A stretch of DNA of 64,000 bases, from the NCBI RefSeq assembly GCF_009914755.1, contig NC_060929.1. One strand, given 5' to 3'. Below, piece by piece: positions 17,899 through 32,334 of the stretch. The translations under genes were made by a program, and so were the position numbers. Under the pieces are notes generated by a model. It did not search any database, was not told the origin of the DNA, and saw only the letters and a program-made list of their open reading frames with translations. The first letter of the stretch is position 1. The number at the start of each line of letters is the position of its first letter. The DNA comes from the human T2T-CHM13v2.0 reference genome, Homo sapiens.

Positions 17899-17995
17899 AC
17901 AATGTAATTGCCAATGAATTACTAGTAATGTTTAGTAAATAAAACTAAATTTAGTAAATAAAACATTACTAGTAATTCATTGGCAATTATATTGT
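17899..17995. repeat. Long inverted repeat, 35-bp arms, 27-nt AT-rich spacer
   Basis: Arms 17899-17933 and 17961-17995 are reverse complements at 34/35 positions. Confidence 0.95.
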
Positions 17996-18110
17996 CAATT
18001 GAACAGTGGTTACATTGGCATGTTCACTCTACAAACGTTTATTGAGCTATGTACTTTAGATATTTGAATTTTACAGCATGTATATTATAGTTCAATAAAA
18101 ATATTTTTAA
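17996..18110 (+). mobile_element. L1ME-type 3'-end fragment
   Basis: GTGGTTACATTGGCATGTTCACT...TTGAGCTATGTACTT...GTTCAATAAAAA. Confidence 0.65.
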
Positions 18111-19444
18111 AATAAGAGAGTCCACACAACCTTGCCATTACCACATCCAGCAATGCATACACATCTGTCCTCATTCACTTTGTTTTCTGGAACTCACACA
18201 GAACATTAACCAAGATAGACCACATTTTGGGTCACAAAACACACTCTAGAAAATTTTAAATAATGGAAGTCATAGAAAATATTGTTTCAGACCACAATGG
18301 AATTAAAGTAGAAATCAATAATAAAAAAAATCTGAGAAACCCCTAAATTAGTGGAGATGAAACAACACACTTTTGAATAGCATATGTGTCAAAGAAAAAT
18401 CTCGAGAAATTTTAAAATATTTTAAACTAAATGGAAATTAAAATATAACATCAAAATTCATGGGACGCATTGAAACAGTGCTTAGAGGGAAACTTACCAT
18501 ATTGAATGAATATATTAGAGAAGAAAAAAGATTAAAAATTAATAATTTAAGCATATATTTTAGGAAACTATAAAAAGGAGAGCAAATTATATTCAACATA
18601 AGCAAGAGAAAAGAAATAATGATAGAGCCAAAATAAATAAAATTCAAAATACAAAATCCATAGGGAATATCAATGAAACCAGAGTTGATTCTTTGAAAGG
18701 ATCAATAAAATTAATAAACCTCTAGCCAGGCTAACTAAGAAAAAGAAGAAAAGACATAAATTACTAATATCAGAAATGAAAGAAGGTCATTACTATTGAT
18801 TCCACAGACAATAAAAGATTATAATATTATGATTAACTCCATTCCCACAAATTTAATAATCTAGGTGAAGTGGATCAATTCCTTCAAACCAAGCTACACA
18901 AACTGACACAGGAAGAAATAATGTGAATAGGCTTATATCTATTAAAGAAATTGAATCAATAAGTAATAACTCTTCAACTTAGAAGGCACCCAGCTTAGAT
19001 GAGTTCACTAGTAAATTATACCAAATATTTAAGGAAGAAAATATATGAATACTCTACAATTTCTCCCAAAATATAAAAGTAGAATGACTTTTTCCTAATT
19101 CATTCTGACATTAACCTGATACTAAAATCAGATAAAGACATTAAAAAAGGGGAAACTATATAGCGTATATCTTATTAGATGAAAACATCCTCAAGAATAT
19201 ATTAGTAAATCAGATTCAACAATGTATAAAAATAAGTACACACAATGAGCAAGTGGGGTTTATTTCAGGTATGCAGTATGCAAGACTGGTTCAACATTCA
19301 AGAAACAATGTAATTCATTATATCAATAGGCTAAAGAAAAAAATTATATGATTATATTAATAACACAGAAAAAGCATTTGACAAAATTCAATACCCATTT
19401 ATGAAAACCAACAAAAACCCTCAGCAAACTAGGAAGAGAGGGAA

Positions 19445-19741
19445 TTTTTTTTTTTTTTTGAGACAGAGTTTTGCTCTTGTTGCCCAGGCTGGAGGGCAAT
19501 GCAGCGATCTTGGCTCACTGCAACCTCTGCCCGCCGGGGTTCAAGTGACCTTCCTGCTTCAGCCTCCCCAGTAGCTGGGATTACAGGCATGCACCACCAC
19601 GCCTGGCTAATTTTGTATTTTCAGTAGAGATGGGGTTTCTTTATGTTGGTCAGGCTGGTCTCGAACTCCTCACTTCAGGTGATCTGTTTGTCTCGGCCTC
19701 CCAAAGTGCTGGGATTATAGGTGTGAGCCACCACGCCTGGC
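19445..19741 (-). mobile_element. Alu, AluS (Sp/Sq-like)
   Basis: Full antisense Alu with GAGTTTTGCTCTTGTTGCCCAGG. Confidence 0.92.
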
Positions 19742-19932
19742 TTTTTTTTTAGATGGAGTTTTGCTCTTGTTGCCCAGGCTGGAATGCAATGGCCTGATCT
19801 TGGCTCACTGCAACCTCTGCCTCCTGGGTTCAAGCAGTTCTCTTGCCTCAGCCATCTGAGTAGCTGGGATTACAGGTGTGTATCCCCACACCCAGCTAAT
19901 TTTTGTATTTTTAGTAGAGACGGGGTTCACCC
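19742..19932 (-). mobile_element. Partial Alu (right monomer + linker) in tandem with the previous Alu
   Basis: Antisense Alu right arm ending at GACGGGGTTCACC, after which L1 ORF2 resumes. Confidence 0.88.
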
Positions 19933-20532
19933 CGTAAATGTTAGATGCTTTCTTGCTAAGATCAGGTACAACCCAAGGAAGCTACTCTTCCCACTCCTAT
20001 TCAACACTATATTGGAAGTGATAGCTAAGTAAAAAAGACATCAAAAGGAATAAAAACAATACAGATTGGGAAGGAAGAAATAAAGTTGTCTTAGTTTGCA
20101 CGTGACCTAATTGTCTATGTAGAAATCCCAAATAATCAGTTAAAAAACTCCTAGAATTAATAAATGATTATAACAATGTTGTAGGATGCAAGGTTAATAT
20201 GCAAAACTCAACTGCTTTTTTATATACCAGCAATGAACAATGAGAATTTGAAATAAAAGTATATAATTCCATTTACATTAGCAACAAAAAAATTAAATAC
20301 TTAACTGTTAATTTAACAAAATATATGTTAGAAAGCTACAAAACTCTGATGAACAAAATCAAAGATTTAGATAAATGGAGAGATATTCTATGTTCATGGA
20401 TAGGAAAACTCAATATTATCAAAATGTCAGTTTTTTCCAAATTGAACTTACATCTGACAAGATATCAATCAGCATCTCAGCATGTTAGTTTGTGGATGGC
20501 ATCAAATTGATTGTAAGGTTTATATGAAAAAT

Positions 20533-20809
20533 CAGCCAGGCATGGTGGCTCACACCTGTAATCACAGCACTTTGGGAAGGCAAGGTGGGAGTTCAAGACC
20601 AGTATGAACAACATAGTGAGACCCTCTGTGTACAAGAAATACAAAATTTAGCTGGGCATGGTGGCACAAGCCTGTAGTCCCAGCTACTTGGGAGACTGAG
20701 ATAGGAGGATCACTTGAGCCCGGAAGGCTGAGGTTGTAGTGAGTCAAGATCAGGTCACTGTACTCTAGCCTGGGCAATAATGAGACTCTATCTCAAAAGA
20801 AAAAAAAAA
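20533..20809 (+). mobile_element. Alu, AluJ-type, ~20-bp deletion in left arm
   Basis: TSD TAA(G/A)GTTTATATGAAAA at 20514-20530 and 20810-20826. GGAGGATCACTTGAGCCC right arm. Confidence 0.9.
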
Positions 20810-23026
20810 TAAAGTTTATATGAAAAGGCAAAAGACCCAGAATATCCAACTCATTATTGAAATAGTACAAAATCTGAAGACTGATGTTACCTGACTTCAA
20901 AACTTACTATAAAGCTACAGTTTTCAAGATAGTGTGATATTGGCAAAACCATAGACAATATATCAATGAAACAGAATAGAGACCCAGAAATGAACTCATA
21001 CAAAGTCAACTGATCCTTGAAAAAGAGCAAAGGCAATTCAAGGGATAAATAATACAAAACAACAACTGGACATCCACATAAAAAATTAATCTAGACAGAA
21101 AACTTACATATTTCACAAATATTAACTCAAAAGGGAATATAGGCCTAACTGTAACATGTAAAACTATAAAACTCTTAGAAATAACACAGTAGAAAACCCA
21201 GGTGTGCTGGGTTTGATGATGGCTTTTAAGTAACAAGACCAAAAGCACAATCCAGAAAAAAAATTGGTAAGTTGGACTTCATCAAAATTCATACCTTCTG
21301 CTCTGCAAAAAAAATACAGAAACTGCAAAAGACAGTGTTGATGAAACTGCACTGTGAAAGACAGTGTTTATGAAATAATGAAAAAGTCAAGTTACAAAAT
21401 GGGAGAAAACCTTTGCAAAATACAGATCTGATAAAAGGCTTGTTTTCAAATTATACAAAGAACTCTTGAACTCAATAATAAGAAAACAAACAACCTGACT
21501 AAAAAATGGACCAAAGACTTAACAGACACCAAAGAAGATAAAAAGATGGCAAATAAGTATATGAAAAAATACTCAGCATCATATATCATTAGAGACTTGG
21601 GAATTAAAACAATGAGAAACCACTACAAACCTATTAGTGTTGTTAAATCTAAAACATTGACAACAACCATGGCTGGTGAGGGTGTAGAGCAACAGAAACT
21701 CTCATTCATTGCTGATGGTAGTGCACAATGGGATAGCCATTTTGGAAGACATTTTGGCATTTTCTCACAAAACTAATACGCTCTTACCTTATGATCCAGT
21801 ATTTATGCTCCGTTATTTACTCAAATGAATTGAACACTTACATCTCCACAAAACCCACACAGAAATGTTTAAAACAGCTTTATTCATGATTGATAAAACT
21901 TGGAAGCAACCAAGAAGTCCTTTAATAGGTGAATGAATAAACAAACTGTGGTTCATCTGTACAGTGAAACAGTACTCAGCAAAATGAAAAAAAAAAAAAT
22001 GAGCTATCAAGCTGTGAAAACACATGGAGGAAACTAAAAGGTGTATTGCTAAGTGAAAGAAGCCAGTATGTGAAGGCTACAAACTGTATAATTCCAACTA
22101 TATGGCATTTTGGATAAAGCAAAACTATGGAGACAGTAAAAAAAAAAAATCTATGATTCCCAGGTGTTCAGAAGGAAGAAGGGATGAATAGATGGAGCAT
22201 AGAGGATTTTTAGGGTAGGGCAATTGTTCTGTATAATACTGTAATGTTGTATATATCATTATATATGTATAAACACCTACAGAATGTACAACACAGAGTG
22301 AACCCTAAAATAAACTATGGACTATAGTTAACAATAATGTATCAATATTGGTTCATCAATCGTAACAAATATACCACACTAATGCAAGATGTTCATAAAA
22401 AGGAAACTGGGATGGTGCTGGTGGTAAGGGGGTATACAGGAAATCACTTTATACTCAGTTTTTCTGTAAACGTAAAACTGCTCTTAAAAAAAAAACTCTT
22501 TTAAAAAGGCAAAATCTTCCCCAATAAAAAACAAATTTAAAAATACATTAATGACATGCAAATTAAAACCATAATGAAATATCACTATTTAACAACAGAA
22601 TGGCTGAAATTTAAAAGCCTGAAAATACTGAGTGCTGGCAAGAAGCTTTAGAAATATCTCATACATTCATAAATTATTGGTGGGAATGCAAAATGGTACA
22701 GCTACTTTAAAAATCAGTTTGTTTCTTGTAAAGGCCATCATGTACTTACCATATGATACAGTATTTTACTCCTAGGTATTTACCTAAAAGAAATTAAAAC
22801 ATGTATACAAATACAGAATTGTACAAAAGTATTTATAGTAGCTGTATTCATAATTGCCCCAAACAGGAAGCAACCCAAATGCTCATCAAATGGTAAATGG
22901 ATAAAAAGATTATGGTATATTCATACAATGGAATATTACTCAATAACAAACAGTAATGCAACAACATGAAGGAATTTTCAAAGGATTATACTCACATATG
23001 TGAAAGAAGCCAGGCAAAAGGCTATG

Positions 23027-24017
23027 AAGAAAAACCCATTTACAAAATGAACAAAACATTTGAATGGATATCCAAAGGACATTTACAAATAGCTAATAAG
23101 GACATAAAAAGATGCTCAACATCATTAATCATTAGAAAAATGCAAATAAAATCCACAAAATATTTTTATACTTATTAGGATGACCATAATAAAAAAGATG
23201 GGAGCAACAACTGTTGGAGAGGATATGGAGAAATCAGAACTCTCATGAATTCCTGGTAGAAATGTAAAATGGTAAAGCATTTTGATAAGTTTGATGGTTA
23301 CTCAAGAAGTTAAACATAGAGTTAGCATATGAACCAGCAATTCCACTCCTCGGTGTATACTCAAAAAAGAAGTTTTTTAACTTTTATTTTAGGTTCAGAG
23401 GTACATGTGCAGGTTGGTTATATGGGCAAATTTCATGTCTTGGGGCTTTGATGTACAGATTATTTTATCACCCAGGCAATAAGCATAGTGGGAGGGAGAG
23501 GATCAAAAGAATTTAAAACATATGCCCACTCAAATACTTGTACAAGAGTGTTCATAGAGGCATTATTTAAGCCAAAAAGTAGAAACAAGCTAAATGTTCA
23601 TCAACTGATGAATAGGTAAACAAAATATGGCATATTCATATGATGGACTATTAAATAGCCATAAAAAGGAATGAAGTACTGATACATGCTACAACATGGA
23701 TGAAACTTGGTAACATTACGCTAAATGAAAAAAGCAAGACACAAAGGCCGCATATTGTGTGATTCCACTTATACAAAACATCTAGGATAGACAAATCCGT
23801 AATGGTAGATAGAATGATAGTGTTTTCTAAGGGATGGGGTAGAGGGGAATGGGGAGTGACTGTTAATGGGCATGGGGCTTCTTTTGGGATTGATGAAAAT
23901 ATTCTGGAATTAGCTAGTAGTGATTGTTGCAAAACCTTGTGAATGGGCTAAACACCACTGAACTCTATACTTTAAAGGGGTGAACTTAATGGTATGTGAG
24001 TGATATCTCAATTTTTT
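23027..24017 (+). mobile_element. L1MB-type 3' end
   Basis: GAATGAAGTACTGATACATGCTACAACATGGATGAAACTT...GGGGAATGGGGAGTGACTGTTAATGGG...TATCTCAAT. Confidence 0.82.
23374..23504 (-). mobile_element. Very short old L1PA (L1PA13-16-like) 3' end with inverted 5' piece
   Basis: Antisense ...CTGCACATGTACCTCTGAACCTAAAATAAAAGTTAAAAAA, followed by sense-oriented GGGAGGGAGAGGATC. Imperfect TSD TCAAAA(AA)GAA. Confidence 0.8.
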
Positions 24018-24399
24018 AAGGCTGTGTATAGTATGATAACATTTATTTGACATTATGGAAAAGGTGATCATAAGAACAGAATCAAATCACATAGGCTGAG
24101 GGTTGGGGAAGAGGATTCACAGAAAAGGGGAAGGCAGAGGCTCTGGGATGATGACAAGTTTTATATTTTGATTAAGACGCTGCCTATACAAATGTATGGA
24201 TTTGTCAAACTCATATACATAATAGGACTCAATTTTACTGTATATAACTTATAACTCAACAACCCTATCTAAAACAAAGAGGAAGATAAAGATACTATGT
24301 GAGAGAGAATAGGAATGATGGAGAGACTATATGAATCATATATCCATGTATGAGAGGGAAACTAAACTTTTGGTTACATTTTTGTGTCCCATAAAAAGA

Positions 24400-24520
24400 G
24401 TAGGAGCTTAGGCTTCTCACAGTTCCAGGTTCATCTCTTAGAGCCAGTAGTTTTTGACTGTGACTTTGGCAAGATTTTTAAACTTTATGAGCTTCAGTTT
24501 CTTCATCTGTAAATTGCAGG
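24400..24520 (+). mobile_element. MIR fragment
   Basis: Core TGTGACTTTGGCAAG...GAGCTTCAGTTTCTTCATCTGTAAA. Confidence 0.7.
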
Positions 24521-25604
24521 AAGGAAAAAAGGAGAAAAGTGATTAATAGTGATTGGGCACCCACTATATACCAGAAACTATGCTGAACATTAAATGATAT
24601 TGTCATTCTAAATGTATATATATTTAGGGCAAAAAAAGCAAAGGTCTCATACAATTTTAAATTTGGAATATGCCAAAAGACTTAATAAATATTATCTCCC
24701 CAAGTGTTTGAAAGTATTATACAAAAGCAGCTGTCTCGAAGGAATGTGGTTGGTGGTGAGAAATATGTGGTTTCCAGGAAAACATTTTTCTGAATATAGA
24801 GATGATCAATCCTGGGTTGTACAGTGTGGGCAATAGTTAAAGCCTGATATCTGCTTGTTTTGTTTTGACTATAAATGGCAAACAAAACTCATCCCAAGTA
24901 GAACTGATAGCACCGTAACACCAAATATCTAGTCAATTAATGAGAACTGAGCTTGAATTAGCAGCAGACAAGGGAGGCCACCATCTCAGCTGACCACTTG
25001 ACTTGGAGGAGCTGCTGAGAGCAGCCTGGGTTAGCTCCTTAAGTTTACACTGCATAAGTGAGGGCAAGTCAAGGGATGCTCTTTGGAACCCTACTGCCAT
25101 TGGACAGAAATGCAGAAGGCTAGGGTTCAATTAAGCAGCAACTGGTTGAAATTTGATCTGAAAAGCCTTTTGCTTTCTTCTCCATGGAAATCACAATGAG
25201 TTTTATGGCCCACCTCACTTCCTCTTCCTTCCTGAAATTGTAATCATTTCTATGGCTCTCTTTAACACCTTTTGTCTACCGTAGAGTTTTGCACTTTATG
25301 AGTAGTCTTCATCTGTCATATCTGACTCTCTTTATCTCAGGATAATCTTGCCTGGCAGATGAAATATATATTCTTGGGGGCAAGAGAATGTCATTAGCTA
25401 TTTGTCCTTTGTTCCTCTCAGCACCTGAGATGTTAGGATTTAAACTAACTCTGCTCTGATGGATTGACCAGATTTACTTGAACTCTTGAAATGAATAATC
25501 AAGTCTCTCTCCTCAGGTGTTTATGTTCCTAGAACTCTTGGCAGGTCCCAAGTTCTGACCTTCTTACCATTTTTATTGAGACAAAAGTTCTCAGGAAAAG
25601 AAAT

Positions 25605-25765
25605 AGTTGGTCTTTGGGCAATCACAATTTCTCTGAGCCTCAGTTCCCCACCATAAGATAGGCCAGAAATATACTTTTTCTCAGGTTGTTGTAAAAAAAA
25701 AATAGATAATGTAGAATAGCACCTTATAGTGCATGCTCAGTAAGTGGTAGCAATTATTGTCATTA
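25605..25765 (+). mobile_element. MIR fragment
   Basis: TTGGGCAATCACAATTTCTCTGAGCCTCAGTT...TGCTCAGTAAGTGGTAGC. Confidence 0.7.
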
Positions 25766-28206
25766 CCTTTTTTAGCAACTCTCATTCATAAATGGCTCTA
25801 ATAAGTTCACAGGAGAAGTAAGTAGAAGCAGCAAGATTCTTCTTCTGTGAAGATGCTGCTATGAAGACCTCACAGGATGGCCATGTGGCATAAATCAGAT
25901 GAAGCATATCGCTGAAGCACTATCCAATATTTCCAAGCAAGAGGAGTCACTGAGTCAGGGATGGTGTCAATACATGCAATATTTGAGGAACACCCTTAGG
26001 GTGAGATGTGGAAAAGGGAAAGATTAACCGAAGCTTCTCAATTTGTATTTGACATTTCTATGTAAGGAAATGAAGTGTTTCTTCCAAATAAATTACAGCA
26101 CTGAAGGAGGTACTGATTAAAGATTTCTGCTTGTGAAGTTACTTTAAAAGTACAATCCATTTTCAGAATTCTCTTTCCTTCATGCATTACTTAATTTGCT
26201 GGTTTTGAGTTGGTATGGCCCCTTGAAGCAAAAACAAGTGCTTTTGAGAAGTGGTAAGAATTCAGAATTAATGGCATGCAGAGATGTATTCTATGTCTGA
26301 AAACAGGCTATGTATCTAAAACCTTCTCTATGTCTGTGCTACTTAAGTGCTAGAATAATAAAACACAGGATGAAGCAGAACAATTGTGCGATTGTTTTTA
26401 ACATCCTCAAAAAGGATTTCAGGGCACCATAAGCTGCTAACGAATTTCAGGAGGCAGGTGCAAGACATGCAATTACTTTTCCCTTTTCATCCCTTTTTAT
26501 CATTTGAGAGCACTTACAGATTATTCACTGGTTTTCATGGTAGAGGCTTTTTGTGAGAAATATTCTATCAGAAAACAGCTATTAAACATTGTTCAAGATG
26601 TCTCTAATTGGGAGGAAAATAATAAAGACAATGAAAAATGACAATTTCTCAAATTTAAGGAATTTTAAGTGGTTCTCATTAAAAGTTTTAAATGGCTACT
26701 TTACTTTACTAATATGCTTGGTTACAAAGGCTTATAATTCAGGCTCCATTTAGTCTTTCTCCAAAGAAATCAAATATATGTCACTTCCCCAAGCTCATCT
26801 CAGTGAGCTTTGCCTTTAGTTATCATTGGACTGCTCACATCTGCCCCCTCGCCTTTGCTCCTTCTACAGTCTTCCTGGATGCCAACTTCTTGGCATATCA
26901 AGTTCAGGCTTCCATGGCCAACAGTAGACTAGGTTTGGAGCACAATCCTGAGATGAACTGGGACCTAAGAAACATAATCTTCTTATTTCATGTCATTGCA
27001 GTACAGCTTTTATACTCCAACCCTCAACCCTACCACTTTCCCCTCTACCATCAAGAAGCCCTTTAACTTTATAGCATTATGAAGAATGTAAAAGGTATCA
27101 TTGTTCAAATTATAATCAGCTACGGAAAGGCGTTTTCTTATGCTGTCAGGATTGTTGCTAAGGTTGAAGTGGAAACCAAAATCACCAAGAACTTAACTTT
27201 TGAACTCCAGAGAGTTTCCAGCATTTAGAGCTATCTCCCCACCCTAAAAGGCTAATCAAGAGTACCCCAGAATCTGTTCCATGAATCCAGTCACCTTTCC
27301 TGTTCCCAGCCCAATCATATGGCCGGAGGACTGGGTGGAGAGAAGATGACCAGTTTTGGGAAGCATAGTGCTCTTGGAGAGAAGCTCTACTCTATCTTCA
27401 CATGGTGGCAGTAAGGTGGGGGCTGTGGCTTCCCTGAAGCCAATGCAGGAAGGTCTCAAGAGAATCACCAGTCACATCGAGGTGTTTGCCCCTTCACTAC
27501 CCTGTTAGACAACTGCATAGCTAGTAGGACTGCTTATCCATCCCTAGTTCGCTGAATATGGAGAAAGAGAATTGAAGAGTGACTGGGGGCCTAGGGAAGA
27601 GGTAAAGACCAAGAGGCTTGTGCTCCTACCACTTAGCATGGAAATAACAAGTGGATGTTTTTCTGATTGAATGGACCCAACCTAAGATAGCTGGGCTTGC
27701 TGGTGTCCCCCCAAAGAGAGCAGCCCAAGTGGCAGGAATGGATCTTTGATGGGTGGAGGACCGCCAAGGTGGGAGCTGAAGGGGCGGGGGTTGGCAAAAA
27801 AATGTTAAGTCACAGCTGAATTTTCTCATCAGAAACCATGCATTGAGGAGACCCCAGCTGTTTCCTCCAAGGCAGACATGTGTTTGGCGTGGGAGACAGG
27901 CAGCCCTTGGATGTCTGCCACACTAAGGCATTGTTGAATGGTTAGTGCTGGCAGAAGAGGCAGCAGCAGTCAACCCAGGAGATGCCTGCAGCTTTACCAT
28001 AGCACTTCCTTAAGGAAAATTGCCTCTCCCAGATCTTCTCCTAAACCCTACACTGAAGGGAAAGGTCTGGGAAGAACAGACTTTATTCATCTTCCCCAGA
28101 CAGGCCTAGTCAATGCTGGCAGAGACAGAGAATGGGTCTACGTGGAGTGTGATGCTTTTGCTTTATAATGAAGATGACTGAATATTAAATATGAAAGCCA
28201 GTCATT

Positions 28207-29335
<1,129 letters not shown>

Positions 29336-29769
29336 TGTAGACCTTCTGTATTGCTTTCTCCCTGTATCTTCTTTCCCTCTTTTGAAAACTGTAGAATGTA
29401 TTAGTAGTTTCTTACTTAATATTTATTTCCCAGCTTTCTTCTATGCTAAGAGGATCTTGATTTTGTTCAAGTTTCTGCCTACAATATGGCCAGAGATGGT
29501 GAGACCCTTTTGAAGATATTCAATGAGGAGAAGGTTATTTTGTTTCAAGTACTGACACAGAATTTGTTTGGAAAGCAGAAACGAAAAGAAAAAAGCTGAA
29601 AGTGACAAACCTATTAACTGTCTGGTATGAAAGAAACTCATCCATTCATCCATCCACTCACACAAAAAATACTACTATATGGGAAACATTATACTATACA
29701 TTGAATACCAACGGTGAGTAAAACAGAATGATCCCTTCCCTTATGGAACAAGTAGGAGTTGCCCAGATG

Positions 29770-29836
29770 TATGTTGTGTTATCTGTGTGTGTATGTTATG
29801 TGTGTTGTGTATGTGTTGTGTGTATTGTGTGTGTGT
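29770..29836. repeat. Compound (TG)n microsatellite
   Basis: Seen directly in the sequence. Confidence 0.85.
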
Positions 29837-29839
29837 TCA

Positions 29840-30360
<521 letters not shown>

Positions 30361-31882
30361 CTAAGAACAATGAGCAATTTTGGAAGGAACTGAACCAAGG
30401 CAGGGAGTTTTAGCAGGATCAACCTGGATGTTGTGCAGAGATTAATCTGCAAGGGTAACAGGGGAAGCAATAAAAATAAAAGAAGCTGTGGAAGGTCATT
30501 TAATACAGTTCCTAAATTTTTTTCCATCATGGAATTGAAATGATGATTTTTCTTTTTTTTGCATATCCCTTAAACTAGAGGGAATCTGAACTCCCTGAAA
30601 AGCCTCCCACCTACTGGAGGGGATGGTCCTGGGAACAAGATCCCCGGGGCCAGTAGACATCCCTAAGGGCTGAAGGGAATTAGTATGTAGGCATTTCACC
30701 ACACTTGTAAGCCACTTTCTGCACACATGTTGGAAAGCTGATTTAATCTCATCTCTGGTGCTCACATTCCCTCTTTTAAGGACATCAATGTGAACACAAA
30801 TAACATCAAAGATAAGGAGGGCGCTTGAATAAATTGCCAGTGAGCCTCACCCTTCCAACTTCCTACTACCTCTCTCTCTGCCTGGCCTTTTCGTGGTTTC
30901 TAGGTAATGCAAGTCTTCTTGATAATTATGACTTCTGGATAACTTTCCCCACTTTCTGTCAACTGCGCAAGTCAACTTCCTTGTACATTCCCTCAGGGCT
31001 CTACTCCCAGAAGATAACAGTAGTCAAAACAATAATAAAGCCAATTAGTTCACTAATGTTTAAGTCAACACAGTATTATTCCATCAGAATAATAACACAC
31101 AAGTGTCAAGGATGTCATTAATGTGAAATTATACTAGTCAGATTTTCTGACAAGAATGCACAGAAGCAATTGAGGTGAAGAAAGAAGAGAGGAATTAGGA
31201 GGAAGAGGCAGGATGCCCACAGAGTCCTTAACTATACCCTATTGACCTTTTAGTGACTCCCCAAGTTGATGAAGTTGGTGCTTAAATTGCATAAAAAGGG
31301 AGCTAGGCCTCATTGGAGCCTGTAGGGCCTCCAGTCTATACTTCCATATTAAACATTCTTTGTGGGCAGAGAATTTGCTTCTTCAAAAAACTTTATGGAA
31401 AGCTTCAACAAGTATCTAGTAATTAAATTTCAAAACAACCCCATAGAGCAAGCAGTGCACTGTTTTCCTACCTTGTTCAGGAGACAGGGAGAGGCATGAG
31501 GGGGTCAAATGATTTGTGACAGGGACTGCCTCAGGAAAGGCTGCCTCTTCAACTCTGTGTTTTAGTCAGCACATGACATGATGTGAAGGGTCAGGAAATG
31601 TCTGTGTGAAAGTAAATAACACATCCGAAAAGATGAAGGGAGAGCAACAGGCCCGATGTTGCTCATCAGTGTTTCACTAAATTCTGTAGACTTAGTGGAC
31701 CTCAGATGAAACACTAACCTGCTTTAAAATTTTTTATTTGGCCTGCGCCCTAATGCCAGGAGATTTTCATTCACTTTGGGCCATTATGACTAGGCCTAGG
31801 TATCGTTTGAAAAGTGCTTCCAAGTGAGTTGATGTACACTGTATTAGTTTGCTAGGGCTGCCATAAAAAAGTACCACAGACT

Positions 31883-32334
31883 TATTTGTTATATGACAAT
31901 AAAACTAATACCACTGGTGTCCTCTTAGAGTGAGGGGAATGGTGTGGGTGGTGGAACATGATAGAACATAGCAGGATGATGTGGTTGGTGGATTAAGTGA
32001 GGGAATGGGAAGAAAAAAGGAAGGAGGTTCTCAGGCCCAATTCCCAGCTGTTTCCCTGGAGGCCAACTACCTGCCTTCAGTCATAGCTAGATTCCCTCCA
32101 CTTTATTCCCTTGATTGTTTTTCAGGAAAAAAACCCATGTGAAAATACCCATTTCTTAGTTTAAATAATTTAACAAAGGCCCATGACTTCAATTATTCTC
32201 CCTGTGGTATTGGACTCTGGCTCTCACTCAGGGAGGGACAACCCCTGAGGGCTTTGCTCTTAAATAAAATGTATCACTATTATGTGATTTAAACAAACAA
32301 ACAAACAAACAAACAAACAAAACCCAGAAAAACC
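31883..32334 (+). pseudogene. Unidentified polyadenylated retro-insertion (processed 3'-UTR retrocopy or orphan transduction)
   Basis: Non-repeat-looking body, AATAAA at 32263-32268, A-rich (AAAC)n tail from 32291, 14-bp TSD AAGTACCACAGACT at 31869-31882 and 32335-32348. Confidence 0.75.

Larger units (their letters stand above)
18140..22510 (+). mobile_element. L1MC-like LINE-1, ORF2 through 3' UTR, degenerate, with three Alu inserts
   Basis: ORF2 pieces (20325-20510 KWRDILCSWIGKLNIIKMS; [13 protein letters not shown]). L1MC-type 3' UTR AGAATGTACAACACAGAGTGAACCCTAAAATAAACTATGGACT. Confidence 0.85.
22540..24275 (+). mobile_element. L1ME-type 3' fragment split by an L1MB insertion
   Basis: ORF2 C-terminal/3' UTR text at 22540-23020 resumes at about 24027. 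Candidate TSD AAGGCT(A/G)TG at 23018-23026 and 24018-24026. Confidence 0.65.

Noticed and set aside
21320-21375. Imperfect duplication of AAAGACAGTGTT(G/T)ATGAAA
   Set aside because: Ordinary small tandem duplication in a dead L1. Two units with no spacer array, so not CRISPR-like.
25940-25960. AP-1-like TGAGTCA motifs here and elsewhere
   Set aside because: 7-mers are expected by chance several times in 64 kb.
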